Shown: positions 21,213 to 31,865, numbered from the stretch's first letter. The stretch: 64,000 bases of DNA from Burkholderiaceae bacterium (GCA_018882795.1 VERJ01000002.1:12049-76048); one strand, 5' to 3'. Made by a program: numbers and translations. Notes: a model not told the origin generated them from the letters alone.

Positions 21213-21880
21213 AAAATCAGGTCGGCCACCGGGTGACCAAGCCTTAGACCGCGGGTTTCGAATTTGGTGAGTGGGCGCCATGGTGGGCGATCCGAGAAAC
21301 CGCTGCCTGCGAGGTTCCTCAGCTGGGCCTGACCACTGCACACGGTGAGCATCTGATCCGCATAGTCGGGCCAATCGGTGGCCATGTGCAGAATGCCTCC
21401 TGCACTGATTCTTTTCACGAGCAACTCAATAAACTCTGGTTGAATCAGTCGCCGTTTATGGTGGCGTTTCTTGGGCCAAGGGTCGGGAAAATAAATGTGA
21501 ACAGCATCCAGTGATGCGACTGGAATCATGTGATTCAACACCTCGACCGCATCCCATTCGATGATACGAATATTCGAGAGCGACTCCTGCTCAATTCGCC
21601 GCAGCAGGGACCCCACACCTGGTCGATAGACGTCGATCGCAAGAATATTCCAGTCCGGATGAGTCTTTGCGATCGCTGCGGTGGTCTCACCCATACCGAA
21701 TCCGATCTCGAAAACGGTGTGGCCGTTGCGGTGAAAAACTGCTTGTAAATCAAGTGGTTCGGGCCGATAAGGAATGCCCCATATCGGAAATAATCGTTCG
21801 TGATGCGTACGTTGGGCCGCTGTGATGTGTCCTCCGCGCATGACAAAACTGCGGATGTGTTGGGGACGGGATTCTTGCAT
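21200..21880 (-). CDS. trmB: tRNA (guanine-N7)-methyltransferase
   Basis: IRSFVMR, EIGFGMG, FPDPWPKKRH, ATDW, TKFE. Confidence 0.96.
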   Translation of the reverse strand: MQESRPQHIRSFVMRGGHITAAQRTHHERLFPIWGIPYRPEPLDLQAVFHRNGHTVFEIGFGMGETTAAIAKTHPDWNILAIDVYRPGVGSLLRRIEQESLSNIRIIEWDAVEVLNHMIPVASLDAVHIYFPDPWPKKRHHKRRLIQPEFIELLVKRISAGGILHMATDWPDYADQMLTVCSGQAQLRNLAGSGFSDRPPWRPLTKFETRGLRLGHPVADLIFQKK

Positions 21881-22027
21881 GGCCTATTCTTTGGTATCGT
21901 GCGGTCAGCGGGCGGGGTTTCCCGGAGTCCAAGACGCGGGAAAGTTTGAGTATGACCTGCTTTTTTAATTCCCGCCCCTGCTAAACTAGCGTTTCGTTCC
22001 AACAATTTGAGTGAGTATCCAACCACC

Positions 22028-22309
22028 ATGAATAAAGCAGAACTCGTTGAAGCAGTTGCCAGTGCCACCGATTCCTCCAAAGCCTCGGTAGATGAAGTGC
22101 TTAATGCAACCATTGCAACCATCATCAAAGCAGTCACCAAGGGAGATTCCGTGCAGCTCGTCGGTTTTGGAACCTTTGGTTCTGGAAAGCGTGCAGCACG
22201 CACCGGACGCAATCCTCGCACCGGGGAAACCATCAAAATCGCCGCAGCACGTACCGTGAAATTCACTGCAGGCAAGGCCTTCAAAGACGCTGTCAACAAG
22301 AAGAAGTAA
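22028..22309 (+). CDS. hupB: HU family DNA-binding protein
   Basis: [29 protein letters not shown]. Confidence 0.92.
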   Translation: MNKAELVEAVASATDSSKASVDEVLNATIATIIKAVTKGDSVQLVGFGTFGSGKRAARTGRNPRTGETIKIAAARTVKFTAGKAFKDAVNKKK

Positions 22310-22330
22310 GTCTTTTCCTGATATCGTCAC

Positions 22331-22356
22331 AAGCCCAGGCAGTCCTGGGCTTTTTT
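22331..22356 (+). terminator. Intrinsic terminator after HU
   Basis: AAGCCCAGG-CAGT-CCTGGGCTT followed by a T-tract. Confidence 0.88.
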
Positions 22357-22367
22357 ATTTCAAGGCC

Positions 22368-23984
22368 ATGAATTCTCCACAAGTCCCTGTCGTCGTGATC
22401 GGTGCGGGCCTGGCCGGTCTCACGGTTGCCCTTCGTCTTGCGGATCACGGCAAGGTGGTGGTGCTTGCCAAGCGAGGCCGATCAGACTCTGCCACCGCCT
22501 GGGCGCAGGGGGGGATTGTAGGGGTGCTGGATCCCACCGATAGTGTCGAGGCACATGTTCATGACACCCTGCAGGCTGGTGCAGGTTTGGTGGTCGAATC
22601 GACTGCCCGCTGGATCTCCGAGCACAGCGCCGAGGCGATTCAGTGGCTCTTGCAGACTGGTGTGCCGTTTTCCCGAGATGACTCGGGCCCCTCGGGACTT
22701 CACCTCACCCGTGAGGGGGGGCATTCCATCCGACGTATTGCCCATGCTGCAGATGCCACGGGCAAGGCTATCCATGACACCCTGCTTGCGCGATGCCGTA
22801 ATCATCCGAATATCCAGATTCATGAGCATTGGATTGCGCTTGATCTGGTGACCAATCGGCACTGCAAATCAGCAGGACCGGATCGTTGTCATGGTGTGTA
22901 TGTCTTGGATATTGATCGTCACCGTGTGGAGTCTTTGGCAGCCAGCGCGGTCGTGTTGGCCTGCGGAGGCGTTGGTAAGGTCTATCGCTACACCAGTAAT
23001 CCAGACACATCGACAGGTGATGGCATTGCCATGGCCTGGCGTGCAGGTTGCCGTGTGGGCAACATGGAATTCATTCAGTTTCATCCGACCTGCCTTTATC
23101 ACGCACAGGACCGTACTTTTCTCATCACCGAGGCCTTACGCGGCGAAGGTGCGCAGCTTAAGATTCCTGGGGCACCGGCTGACGAAGCCCGATTCATGCT
23201 TGGCCATGACCCCAGGGCAGAGCTGGCGCCGCGGGATATCGTGGCCCGGGCGATTGATTTCGAGATGAAAAAGCGGGGCATTGATTTTGTGCATCTAGAT
23301 GCGACCCATCTGGGTGAGGCATTTCTTCAATCCCATTTCCCCACCATTTACAGCCGCTGCCTTGCGCTGGGTATCGATATTTCCCGTCAACCCATCCCGG
23401 TTGTCCCCGCAGCGCATTACACCTGCGGCGGTGTCGTTACTGATAACTGCGGCCGTACCGACCTGACCGGCCTGTATGCGGTGGGCGAGACCGCGTATAC
23501 CGGCCTGCATGGGGCCAATCGTCTTGCGAGCAACTCTCTGCTGGAATGTGTGGTGGTGGGTACTGCGGCCGCAGAAGCAATCCTTGCGTCCGCTGCGCCC
23601 CCGTTGGTGCAGATCCCTGCCTGGGATGAGAGTCAGGTTGAAAACGCCGACGAGCAGGTGGTGATTGCCCACAACTGGGATGAGTTGCGTCTGCTCATGT
23701 GGAACTATGTCGGCATCGTACGCACGACCAAGCGCCTGGAGCGGGCCCTGCATCGGATTGAGTTGTTGCAGTCCGAAGTGCAGGAGTACTACTCAAATTT
23801 TCGAGTTACCAGCGATCTGTTGGAGTTAAGGAATCTTCTGGTCTGCGCGGAGCTGATCGTGCGTTCCGCGCTGGACCGCCGAGAAAGCCGTGGCCTGCAT
23901 TTTAGCCGCGATTATCCCGAGACACTACCCATCGCCTATCCCACAATCCTGTCGCCATTGCGTGCAGTCACTCGCAGCGAGTAA
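22368..23984 (+). CDS. nadB: L-aspartate oxidase
   Basis: GAGLAG, AQGGI, EGGHS, QFHPT, HGANRLASNSLLE, ESRGLH. Confidence 0.96.
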   Translation: MNSPQVPVVVIGAGLAGLTVALRLADHGKVVVLAKRGRSDSATAWAQGGIVGVLDPTDSVEAHVHDTLQAGAGLVVESTARWISEHSAEAIQWLLQTGVPFSRDDSGPSGLHLTREGGHSIRRIAHAADATGKAIHDTLLARCRNHPNIQIHEHWIALDLVTNRHCKSAGPDRCHGVYVLDIDRHRVESLAASAVVLACGGVGKVYRYTSNPDTSTGDGIAMAWRAGCRVGNMEFIQFHPTCLYHAQDRTFLITEALRGEGAQLKIPGAPADEARFMLGHDPRAELAPRDIVARAIDFEMKKRGIDFVHLDATHLGEAFLQSHFPTIYSRCLALGIDISRQPIPVVPAAHYTCGGVVTDNCGRTDLTGLYAVGETAYTGLHGANRLASNSLLECVVVGTAAAEAILASAAPPLVQIPAWDESQVENADEQVVIAHNWDELRLLMWNYVGIVRTTKRLERALHRIELLQSEVQEYYSNFRVTSDLLELRNLLVCAELIVRSALDRRESRGLHFSRDYPETLPIAYPTILSPLRAVTRSE

Positions 23985-24814
23985 TCAATCGCTTTGATGT
24001 CTTTGGTGATCTGGCCGATTGAGATTCGGTCCACACCGGTGGCGGCAATCGTCTGAATGGTTTCCAGCGTGATGCCGCCGGAAGCCTCTAGCAACGCACG
24101 GCCCCGATTCATTGCTACTGCTTGTCGCATCAATTCAGGCGAGAAGTTATCGATCAGAATACTTTCGGCCCCTGCCGCTAATGCCTCTTGCATTTCCTCT
24201 AGATTTTCTACTTCGATCTGAATGGGCACCCCAGCGTTCAGGGATCGCGCAGTAGTGAGCGCTGCCGTGATCGAGCCTGCAGCCATGATGTGGTTTTCCT
24301 TGATCAGGATGCCATCCCACAGGGCCATGCGTTGATTGGATCCGCCGCCAATACGCACAGCGTATTTCTGAGCCTGACGCAGACCAGGAATTGTTTTGCG
24401 CGTATCGAGCACCACACAACCACGCGGGTTGGGGCTTTTGCCAGCGATGGCCTCCACATAGCGTTGGGTCTGTGTTGCGGTGCTTGATAGCAGCTGCAGG
24501 AAATTCATCGCGGATCGCTCTGCGGTGAGCAGGCTGCGGGCATTCGCACGGATATCGCAGACAACTGAATCAGCAGCGAGGCGTTCACCGTCAGCGGCAT
24601 GCCAGTGGATACTGGCGTTTGGATCCAGCCGGGTGATGCAGCCTGAAAACCATTCCTGGCCACAGAGCACAGCCGGTTCCCGTACCCTCAGCTGCGCCTG
24701 TGCTTCCGTGTTGACATCGATCAGCAGTGCAGTCCAGTCGGCCATGCCGATGTCTTCGCGCAAGGCATCTTCGATATTACGTCGACGGGCCTCTTCCAGG
24801 GTTTCGTGACTCAT
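23936..24814 (-). CDS. nadC: Quinolinate phosphoribosyltransferase
   Basis: [24 protein letters not shown]. Confidence 0.96.
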   Translation of the reverse strand: MSHETLEEARRRNIEDALREDIGMADWTALLIDVNTEAQAQLRVREPAVLCGQEWFSGCITRLDPNASIHWHAADGERLAADSVVCDIRANARSLLTAERSAMNFLQLLSSTATQTQRYVEAIAGKSPNPRGCVVLDTRKTIPGLRQAQKYAVRIGGGSNQRMALWDGILIKENHIMAAGSITAALTTARSLNAGVPIQIEVENLEEMQEALAAGAESILIDNFSPELMRQAVAMNRGRALLEASGGITLETIQTIAATGVDRISIGQITKDIKAIDYSLRVTARNGDRIVG

Positions 24815-25917
24815 GCGGCGCCGATATTGGGCACCAGGCCCTGGGGTGCTGACACGGGGTAGCGCTGCGTGAAATCAAGCATGCGCTCAATGCAGGCGAG
24901 TGCTTTCGCACGGATCGCTGCATCAACATGAATTTCCCCTGATTTCTGGGTGAGGCAGTTCAGTACGCCTCGCAAGCCATTCATCGCCATCCAGGGGCAG
25001 TGGGCGCAGCTCTTACAGGTGGCGCTCTCGCCCGCGGTGGGCGCCTCGATCAGTGTCTTGCCGGGTGCGAGCTGCTGCATACGATGAAAGAGTCCCTTAT
25101 CTGTGGCGACAATGTAACGCTCTGCCTTGCCTTCGATCACCGCTTTGAGCAGGGCGGAGGTTGAGCCGACAACATCCGCCTGGGCCACAACTCCTGCTGG
25201 CGATTCGGGATGTACTAGCACCTTTGCTCCCGGATGCGCACGACGCAGCATGGTCAACTCTTCGCTTTTGAATTCATTGTGGACGATGCAGTCGCCATTC
25301 CAGAGCACCATATCAGCGCCAGTCTGCTCCTGAATGTAGTGGCCAAGATGTCGATCTGGGGCCCAGAGTATTTTTTCCCCTTGTGACTTTAGATAATTCA
25401 CGATCGGCAGGGCGCATGAACTGGTCACCATCCAATCAGCCCGGGCCTTCACGGCAGCGCTGGTATTGGCGTACACCACCACCGTCCTGTCCGGATGTGC
25501 ATCGCAGAATTCACCGAATGCATCCGCCGGACAGCCCAAATCGAGTGAGCAGGTGGCATCCAGATCCGGCATGAGCACAGTCTTCTCCGGGCTGAGAATC
25601 TTGGCCGTTTCTCCCATGAAGCGCACGCCCGCAACAATCAGTGTCTGAGCGGGATGATTGCGGCCAAAACGGGCCATCTCTAAGGAGTCGGCAACACAGC
25701 CTCCAGTCTCAATTGCCAGATCCTGCACATCACCATCCACATAGTAGTGGGCAATCAGCAAGGCATTGCGGCGTTTTAGTTCGGCCCTGATCGCCTCTTG
25801 TATCTTGAACTTCTCCACTTGCTCAAGAGCGGGAGTCACTTTGGCCCAGGCCTGGGAAATGCAGGTGGCGCCCTCTGCGTTTTGCAGGGTGAAGTCATAG
25901 GGCGTCATATCTGGCAT
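24811..25917 (-). CDS. nadA: Quinolinate synthase
   Basis: AHYY, DSL, CSL, YANT, CIVH, HPE, CPWMAMN. Confidence 0.96.
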   Translation of the reverse strand: MPDMTPYDFTLQNAEGATCISQAWAKVTPALEQVEKFKIQEAIRAELKRRNALLIAHYYVDGDVQDLAIETGGCVADSLEMARFGRNHPAQTLIVAGVRFMGETAKILSPEKTVLMPDLDATCSLDLGCPADAFGEFCDAHPDRTVVVYANTSAAVKARADWMVTSSCALPIVNYLKSQGEKILWAPDRHLGHYIQEQTGADMVLWNGDCIVHNEFKSEELTMLRRAHPGAKVLVHPESPAGVVAQADVVGSTSALLKAVIEGKAERYIVATDKGLFHRMQQLAPGKTLIEAPTAGESATCKSCAHCPWMAMNGLRGVLNCLTQKSGEIHVDAAIRAKALACIERMLDFTQRYPVSAPQGLVPNIGAA

Positions 25918-25949
25918 AAGTATTCGCGATAAAAATGCATGGTGGTTAA

Positions 25950-26023
25950 TGGAGCGGGTGAAGGGGATCGAACCCTCGTCTAAAGCTTGGGAAGCTTTCG
26001 TTCTGCCATTGAACTACACCCGC
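25950..26023 (-). tRNA. tRNA-Gly (CCC)
   Basis: Reverse complement GCGGGTGTAGTTCAATGGCAGAACGAAAGCTTCCCAAGCTTTAGACGAGGGTTCGATCCCCTTCACCCGCTCCA; cloverleaf, CCC anticodon, encoded CCA. Confidence 0.96.
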
Positions 26024-26120
26024 CCGGGTTTGCTGTACTCAAATTATGAAGTTTTTGCTAGACTCCAGGCCTTCTGATCGTGCAATCACTCTCCTATATT
26101 CCGTGAACAAGAGGCCCCCT

Positions 26121-26465
26121 GTGAATGCCTGGCTCAATCTTCGGCAACTGATCGATGCCGTGGGCGCTGATGCTGAATACCGATCCATCGATGAACGCAG
26201 TCAGCGCCTGCTGGAATGGATTGTCGTCAATTATGCCCCCGACCGTCCGATGTTTGTTCAGACCGTCGTGATGAAGTCCGATGTGGCCTCTCCAGCCACC
26301 ATCCATAAGGGTCTGTCTATCCTTGAGCGGGAGGGCATGATTTCGGTCAAGATCGACCCGGAAGATACCCGTCGCCGTATCGTGAGCCCCACTGATCGTG
26401 CCAAGAAACTCATGAATCGGCTCTCGCGTCAGGTAAAGGCCTGGGCAGAGGCACTGTCCGATTGA
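26121..26465 (+). CDS. MarR-like winged-helix DNA-binding protein
   Basis: ASPATIHKGLSILEREGMI...DPEDTRRRIV wHTH and wing motif; GTG start after AAGAGG (track start 26046). Confidence 0.72.
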   Translation: MNAWLNLRQLIDAVGADAEYRSIDERSQRLLEWIVVNYAPDRPMFVQTVVMKSDVASPATIHKGLSILEREGMISVKIDPEDTRRRIVSPTDRAKKLMNRLSRQVKAWAEALSD

Positions 26466-27049
26466 GCCCTCAGGGGGCTTGGTTACCAGAGCGTCCCCTT
26501 TGGTGGGGCTTTAGCTTCGCTCTATTGTTTGTTTTGCTGCATGGCCTGACCACTCTGCTCGGGCCTGTGGTGGATATCGTTCCAGGTAAGGTTTCCCTGA
26601 TTTATTTACCGGCGTTTGCGCGGGTAGTTTCCGTGGTCGTTGCCGGAGCGGCGGGTGCCGCGGGGATCGCAGCAGGCAGTCTGTTCCTGAGTCTCTACAT
26701 TTACGACACGTCCGCCGTTGAGGCGTTCAGCATCGCCGCGGCCTCCTCTTTGGGGATCCTGACTGCTTATTGGGTCCTGCGGCATGCAATGGCAACACCG
26801 AAATTGCCGATCCGACTATCGTCCCTAATGGTTCTAACGGGGCTTTATTGCACATTTAACGCCATATTTCATGGCCTCATTTGGGACTTCTTTCTCATGG
26901 TCGACGATCTGACCCCAAAGGAGTTGACCTTCATGATTCTTGGGGATTTTCTTGGTGTCGTTGTGATGTTTGCGGCCCTGCGATTTGCGGTTCGCCTGTT
27001 TCGGCGTTTCAATTCTGGCTCTGATACCTCATCAGGCAGTCTCACCTAA
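26462..27049 (+). CDS. Stand-alone MASE1-like integral membrane protein
   Basis: 5-6 TM segments, IYLPAF and GDFLGV motifs; TTG start overlaps the upstream TGA. Confidence 0.6.
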   Translation: MSPQGAWLPERPLWWGFSFALLFVLLHGLTTLLGPVVDIVPGKVSLIYLPAFARVVSVVVAGAAGAAGIAAGSLFLSLYIYDTSAVEAFSIAAASSLGILTAYWVLRHAMATPKLPIRLSSLMVLTGLYCTFNAIFHGLIWDFFLMVDDLTPKELTFMILGDFLGVVVMFAALRFAVRLFRRFNSGSDTSSGSLT

Positions 27050-27050
27050 A

Positions 27051-28586
27051 TCAGTCGGTTTTCGGGGCGCCTTGTTTTAGGGTCTTGATAATGTCCAGGC
27101 TCGTTGCATCGAGTAGCTCAGCGGCAATCCCAATTTGTGTGGAATCAAGTGCTTGTGTCGCAGTGTGGGCGATACGTTTGCCAAGTTCTACGCCCCATTG
27201 ATCGAAGGGATTCACATTGCTCAGCGCTGCAAGGCACAGCACGCGGTGCTCCCAGAGCGCGATCAGACTACCCAGGCTTCGTCCATCAAGCCGATCCAGT
27301 ATCAGGATATTGATGGGATGCCCGCCAGGGCAGGTTTTTTGGGGGTCCTCATCCCGCGCACCAATCGATAGCGCCTGAGCCTGAGCGATCAGATTGGCGA
27401 GCACGGCATGGTGGCTGGATATCAGTTCATGATCGGGCGTCAGGATTCCGATCAGGTCTACGCCAACCCGGGATACTCCCTGGTGCAGCAACTGAAAAAA
27501 AGCATGCTGAGCATTAGTACCGACATCGCCCCAGAGAATCGGACATGCTGGATGGTCCAATCGATTGCCGTCGTTATCAACGCTCTTGCCCAGCGATTCC
27601 ATCCAGAGTTGTTTCAGGTAGGGCAGTAGAAGATCAAGCCGACTGTCATAGGCCGAGACCATCAGGGTGGGTATTGATCGGGTATGCAGATTATGGAAGT
27701 CGGTCGCGGCCAGCAAGGCAGGCAGGTTCTCTTCCAGTGGCGTATCCAGAAAATGGCAGTCCATTTCTACTCCGCCCTTAAGCACATCATCAACAACCGC
27801 ATTGCCTAATACGATACGTGCCGTGACTGATACAGGGCCCCATAGAGAAAACCGCCCCCCGATGCTCTCATCGAACCACAGGGTCTGTGCGGCAGAAATC
27901 CCCCAATGTGCCGCCCGCTCGGGCTGGGCAGTGACTGCGATAAAGTTTTTTTGTGGGTCCCTAATTCCAGCCTGCCTCATCCACGACAAGCACTGCGTTG
28001 CATTGGTAAGGGTTTCCAGTGTGGTGAATGATTTGCTCACCACGATAATCAGTGTCTGTGTTGGGTCCAGGCCCGACAGGCAATGCACCAACGCATGGGC
28101 ATCAAGATTCGGTAAAAAATGTGCTCGAATCCCGGCGTGCTGTTTTATTGGACGAAGCGCCTTAATCAGCAGATGGGGGCCTGTGTCTGAGCCGCCGATG
28201 CCTAGATGTACGATATCCGTACAGGCCCTGTTACTGGAGGTCCTCAGCTCCCCGTCGCGGATTTGATTTGCGATGCGCCGTGTCTGCTCATGGGTGAGCC
28301 GCATGCTTGGAATCAGGTCATCGCCATTAGGGGCAAAGCGTGTGGGCAGCATCACGGCTGGGTTTTCTACACCGGCCAGCCGGAGTGCCCAGTGGCCCGC
28401 AGCGCGGCGCTCGGACTGGTTGATTTTTTTTCCAGCGAAGCAGGCAGTGCGCAGTGCCCTGATGCTTTCTGCGACTTGTTCAGACGCAAGCAGGGCAAGG
28501 CCCATATCCGATTCCGAGGCGCGCCATTGACGGGCCCGGCTCAGCCTGAGCCGCGGCCCCTGCAGCCAGATGTCGGAGGTGCGCAT
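27051..28586 (-). CDS. pgi: Glucose-6-phosphate isomerase
   Basis: GIGGS, SKSFTTLET, GGRFSLW, MESLGK, QHAFFQLLHQG, FDQWGVELGK. Confidence 0.93.
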   Translation of the reverse strand: MRTSDIWLQGPRLRLSRARQWRASESDMGLALLASEQVAESIRALRTACFAGKKINQSERRAAGHWALRLAGVENPAVMLPTRFAPNGDDLIPSMRLTHEQTRRIANQIRDGELRTSSNRACTDIVHLGIGGSDTGPHLLIKALRPIKQHAGIRAHFLPNLDAHALVHCLSGLDPTQTLIIVVSKSFTTLETLTNATQCLSWMRQAGIRDPQKNFIAVTAQPERAAHWGISAAQTLWFDESIGGRFSLWGPVSVTARIVLGNAVVDDVLKGGVEMDCHFLDTPLEENLPALLAATDFHNLHTRSIPTLMVSAYDSRLDLLLPYLKQLWMESLGKSVDNDGNRLDHPACPILWGDVGTNAQHAFFQLLHQGVSRVGVDLIGILTPDHELISSHHAVLANLIAQAQALSIGARDEDPQKTCPGGHPINILILDRLDGRSLGSLIALWEHRVLCLAALSNVNPFDQWGVELGKRIAHTATQALDSTQIGIAAELLDATSLDIIKTLKQGAPKTD

Positions 28587-28660
28587 TTTGCGATTGTAAA
28601 GTGAGCGCAACCTAGCCAGCGCCCCGGCCGCAGAGCGGGCCGAGTTCCTTTGCTGATGCG

Positions 28661-29119
28661 CTAGCGTTGGCTCAGGCAGCTTTCCTTTCGGACGGTGGCC
28701 AGATACGTGGGTTCGTGATCGTTGTCAATTGCCATTGACGCAAAGCGTTCGCGCTCGCGAAGCCGCCCCAGAATGGACTGCATCACGGGGTGATTGGGTC
28801 CGAGCGTGCCGATGTTCTGCATCAGAATTGCCCGATGTTCCTGGTGATGCGCAGTTAGCTGTTGTTTCACCGTCTCCAGGCAGGCGGCCCGCTCAGACGG
28901 TGATTTTGTTTGCATGAGGCAGATGCTGCGGTTTTCGCTCGCCCAACGGATCCAGGGCTCCGTGAAATGGCGCTCTTCCTCGCAGAATTTTTCGAGCTGA
29001 GCCCCCGACATGGCAGGCTGTTGCCGAATTGCGCTCTGTTGCGCTTGTGCAAGTATCGGGTGGCCTAACCAGAGGCCGAAGAGGACGATCACACAAAATT
29101 GTGATCCCCGGCCTGACAT
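28661..29119 (-). CDS. Hypothetical exported helical protein
   Basis: Signal peptide ending AQA; four Cys in the mature part; 5 bp downstream of the RodZ-like gene. Confidence 0.6.
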   Translation of the reverse strand: MSGRGSQFCVIVLFGLWLGHPILAQAQQSAIRQQPAMSGAQLEKFCEEERHFTEPWIRWASENRSICLMQTKSPSERAACLETVKQQLTAHHQEHRAILMQNIGTLGPNHPVMQSILGRLRERERFASMAIDNDHEPTYLATVRKESCLSQR

Positions 29120-29124
29120 CGGTT

Positions 29125-30039
29125 CTATTCCTTGATCTGGTTCAGAATGACCAGTGCCCGCGGTGGTGAATCTTGAGTAATAAAGGGGCCCAGATTCACG
29201 GGTTTCCCTCTGATGCTCAGGCTGGCTTTTTCAGGCTGACCAAATACGACGGCCGCGGTCTCATTTGCAGCGAACTCGACCTTCTGTCCTGGCTCGGCCT
29301 TGAGATTGATTTTTTCGCCGCTGTTTTTCACAACTTGCACCCAGGTGGAGGTCTGTAATGTCAGCTGACCATCATTGGTTTTTATGGTTGTTGGAGGGGG
29401 TGTCGGGGCCACTGCGGCCTTGGTCGGTTCGGCCGTTGGCTTGACTTCGGCGGGTTTCATTTCTTCTTGTATCGGCTGCGCGGGGGCGGTCACAGTGGTT
29501 GTAGCAGTGACGGCTGACTCCCGCTTGGCAGCTGGATCCACGCTGATCCTCAGAATACCCAGGGTGATCAGGCACACTGCCGCAAACGCGATCCATCCCC
29601 AGCGAACTCCGCCGGACTTCGCGCCCGCGGAGGGTTGCATTTCTGCCGGCTCCCCCGCAGTGGTTTCGATCGTGGGTGCAGGGACTGCTGTGTTGTTGTC
29701 CACTGCTGATGCCGTCGTTGAGGCTGGGGGTTGTGCCAAGACAACGACAGAATCAGGAGTGGTTGATACTTGGACTGGTTGTGGGTCTGGGGTAGGTGCT
29801 GCCGGGATTTCCGGCAAGTCAACACCCAAGAAAGCCGCATAGCGGTTGGCGGCCTGCATGAAGTAACCAGGATTGTAGAAGGGGCGCAGATCTCCGGATT
29901 CGATCGCCCTGAGCTGGGCGGGGGACAGCGCAATCCTGAAAGCGGCCTCGGCCAGGTTATCTCCCCGCTTTTCCCGGGCAGATTTCAATGTTTCACTGAT
30001 CACCCTAAGTTGGGACTCTGCAAGTTGTACAGGTGACAT
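29125..30039 (-). CDS. RodZ-like protein (HTH, linker, TM, DUF4115-like domain)
   Basis: LKSARE...LRAIESGD...YAAFLG N-terminus, one TM, Pro/Thr/Ala linkers, TWVQV C-terminal domain. Confidence 0.75.
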   Translation of the reverse strand: MSPVQLAESQLRVISETLKSAREKRGDNLAEAAFRIALSPAQLRAIESGDLRPFYNPGYFMQAANRYAAFLGVDLPEIPAAPTPDPQPVQVSTTPDSVVVLAQPPASTTASAVDNNTAVPAPTIETTAGEPAEMQPSAGAKSGGVRWGWIAFAAVCLITLGILRISVDPAAKRESAVTATTTVTAPAQPIQEEMKPAEVKPTAEPTKAAVAPTPPPTTIKTNDGQLTLQTSTWVQVVKNSGEKINLKAEPGQKVEFAANETAAVVFGQPEKASLSIRGKPVNLGPFITQDSPPRALVILNQIKE

Positions 30040-30158
30040 AGGAGTGCCCGTTTCGCGTGCCGTTCAAGTGAAAAGGGGTGAAATTAACCGGCGAAAGCCT
30101 TTCGGGCAACGCCCTAAGGTACGCTTATTTTCACACATAAAGATGTGAGAATGCCGTT

Positions 30159-30809
30159 ATGTTAGGGAAAACAAGCGCTGTCCTGATACTGGATGACGAT
30201 GCCTCCGTGAGGCGGGCCTATGCGCGGGTATTGGTCGAAGAGGGCTACCAAGTCCAGGAGTTCCAGGATTTTTCAGCGCTTCGACGCGCAGTCGAGTCTG
30301 GAGCGGCCCCGACTGATCGGGCCTGTCTACTCTTGGATATGCGGATGCCGGGCGGCGATGGACTGGAGGTCCAGCGTTGGATTTCATCTGGCCCACGCTC
30401 ACTGCCGGTGATTTTTGTTTCCGGTGAAAGCGAGATCTCCGAGGCGATCTCGGCACTGAAGGCAGGGGCTGCCGAGTTTTTGCTCAAGCCAGTGAGTGGC
30501 TCTCAGCTGGTTGCTGCAGTTCAGGCTGTCCTCAACCAGTCTTTGCACGCTGCTGATTCAGCTTTGCCGCCGGGGTTTGAACGGCTCTCTGTGCGTGAGT
30601 CCCAGGTCTTGGAGCTGGTGGTGAAGGGGCTGCGGAGTCAAAAAATCGCCGAAAACTTGGGCATTACCCTGCGTACGGTCAAGATGCATCGGGGCAACAT
30701 CATGGCCAAGGTGGGTGTCCAGAATGTTGCCCAGCTGGTCAGTCTTTATCAACAGCAGCGTTTCACGATGGCCCCGAGGCGCCCAGAAACTTCCTCACTT
30801 CCATCCTGA
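30159..30809 (+). CDS. FixJ/LuxR-type response regulator
   Basis: LDDD, LLDMRMPG, FLLKP receiver domain; LSVRE...TVKMHRGNIMAK HTH. Confidence 0.9.
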   Translation: MLGKTSAVLILDDDASVRRAYARVLVEEGYQVQEFQDFSALRRAVESGAAPTDRACLLLDMRMPGGDGLEVQRWISSGPRSLPVIFVSGESEISEAISALKAGAAEFLLKPVSGSQLVAAVQAVLNQSLHAADSALPPGFERLSVRESQVLELVVKGLRSQKIAENLGITLRTVKMHRGNIMAKVGVQNVAQLVSLYQQQRFTMAPRRPETSSLPS

Positions 30810-31865
30810 GCGATCGATGATCCTTGCAGCAGTCGGCTGATGTTGTCCGATCGCAGCGACAGAGAGTTTCTCCGCCTTGAAGGTGCCTAGGCCGTGAAGC
30901 TCTGGATTGTTGATCGCCACCTTGGCGACGACAGGCCATTCATTATTGGCATTGGCGAATTGGGCCTGCGCTGCGGGTGAAGCGAGAAACTCTAAGAACT
31001 TTTTTGCCGAATCCGGGTTGGGTGCGTAGCGCGCGACACCGCCACCACTGACATTGATATGAGTGCCAGTGCTGCCCTGATTGGGCCAGATCACGCCCAG
31101 TTTTGCTGCCGCCTCGCGCTCCTCCGCTTTCGGTGATTTCAGCAGTCTTACCAAGTAGTAGGAGTTGGTCAGCGCAACAGCGCATTCTCCTGAGATCACG
31201 CCCTTGATCTGATCGGTGTCGCCGCCGCGTGGTGTTCTCGCCAGGTTGGCCACAACGCCGCGGGCCCAGGCTTCGGCTTTCTGTTCGCCTTGATGGGCAA
31301 TGATCGATGCCAGCAGCGAGAGCATGTAAGGGTGCGTGCCCGAGCGTGTGCAGACTTTGCCCTTGAGCGCTGGATTGGCGAGATCATCGTAGAGCCGAAT
31401 CTGCTCGGGACTGATTTTGGATTTGTCGAATACGATGATGCGTGCGCGTGTGGTGAATCCGAACCAGAGTGTTTCGGATTGAAAAGCGGCGGGAACGCTG
31501 TTGCGTAGGATCGCGGACTGAACGGGTTGAAAAAGCCCCTCGTGTTGAGCCTTCCAAAGCCGTGCTGCATCGGCCAAAAGAATCACGTCGGCAGGTGATG
31601 CCTTGCCTTCGCTTTTAATGCGTTCGAGCAGTGCCTCATCGCCCGCCTGAATCTGATTGATCTTGATGCCGGTTTGCTTGGTGAACGCATCGTAGAGTTC
31701 CTGATCGCTGCTGTAATGCCGTGCAGAATAGAGATTCAGTTCCAGATCTTTGGCGTGGGCCGAAGGTAGCGGGCTGAGCAGGAGCGTTGGGGCGATCAGG
31801 GCGGCCATCAGCCCGACGCCGATCCAACGGCGCCGTGTTTTCGTCAGAAATTGCGGTTTAGGCAT
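30795..31865 (-). CDS. Fe(3+) ABC transporter substrate-binding protein (FutA/FbpA family)
   Basis: YSARHY, SPADV, TRSG, GGDTDQI, NSYY, NNEWP; twin-Arg-like leader (TRRRWI). Confidence 0.9.
   Translation of the reverse strand: MPKPQFLTKTRRRWIGVGLMAALIAPTLLLSPLPSAHAKDLELNLYSARHYSSDQELYDAFTKQTGIKINQIQAGDEALLERIKSEGKASPADVILLADAARLWKAQHEGLFQPVQSAILRNSVPAAFQSETLWFGFTTRARIIVFDKSKISPEQIRLYDDLANPALKGKVCTRSGTHPYMLSLLASIIAHQGEQKAEAWARGVVANLARTPRGGDTDQIKGVISGECAVALTNSYYLVRLLKSPKAEEREAAAKLGVIWPNQGSTGTHINVSGGGVARYAPNPDSAKKFLEFLASPAAQAQFANANNEWPVVAKVAINNPELHGLGTFKAEKLSVAAIGQHQPTAARIIDRSGWK

Noticed and set aside
21535..22299. 254-aa minus-strand ORF, and similar long alternative ORFs such as 9342-10079 and 57744-58373
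   Set aside because: They overlap well-supported genes (HU/trmB, yqgF/pyrB, P-type ATPase) and have no recognisable motifs; such shadows are expected in GC-rich DNA.
25950..26023. tRNA-Gly as the integration site of the accessory region
   Set aside because: Its 3' end faces nadA rather than the accessory genes. I saw no duplicated tRNA 3' end and no integrase.
27051..28610. pgi as a pseudogene because of its short, divergent N-terminus
   Set aside because: The frame is intact and the catalytic motifs are present.
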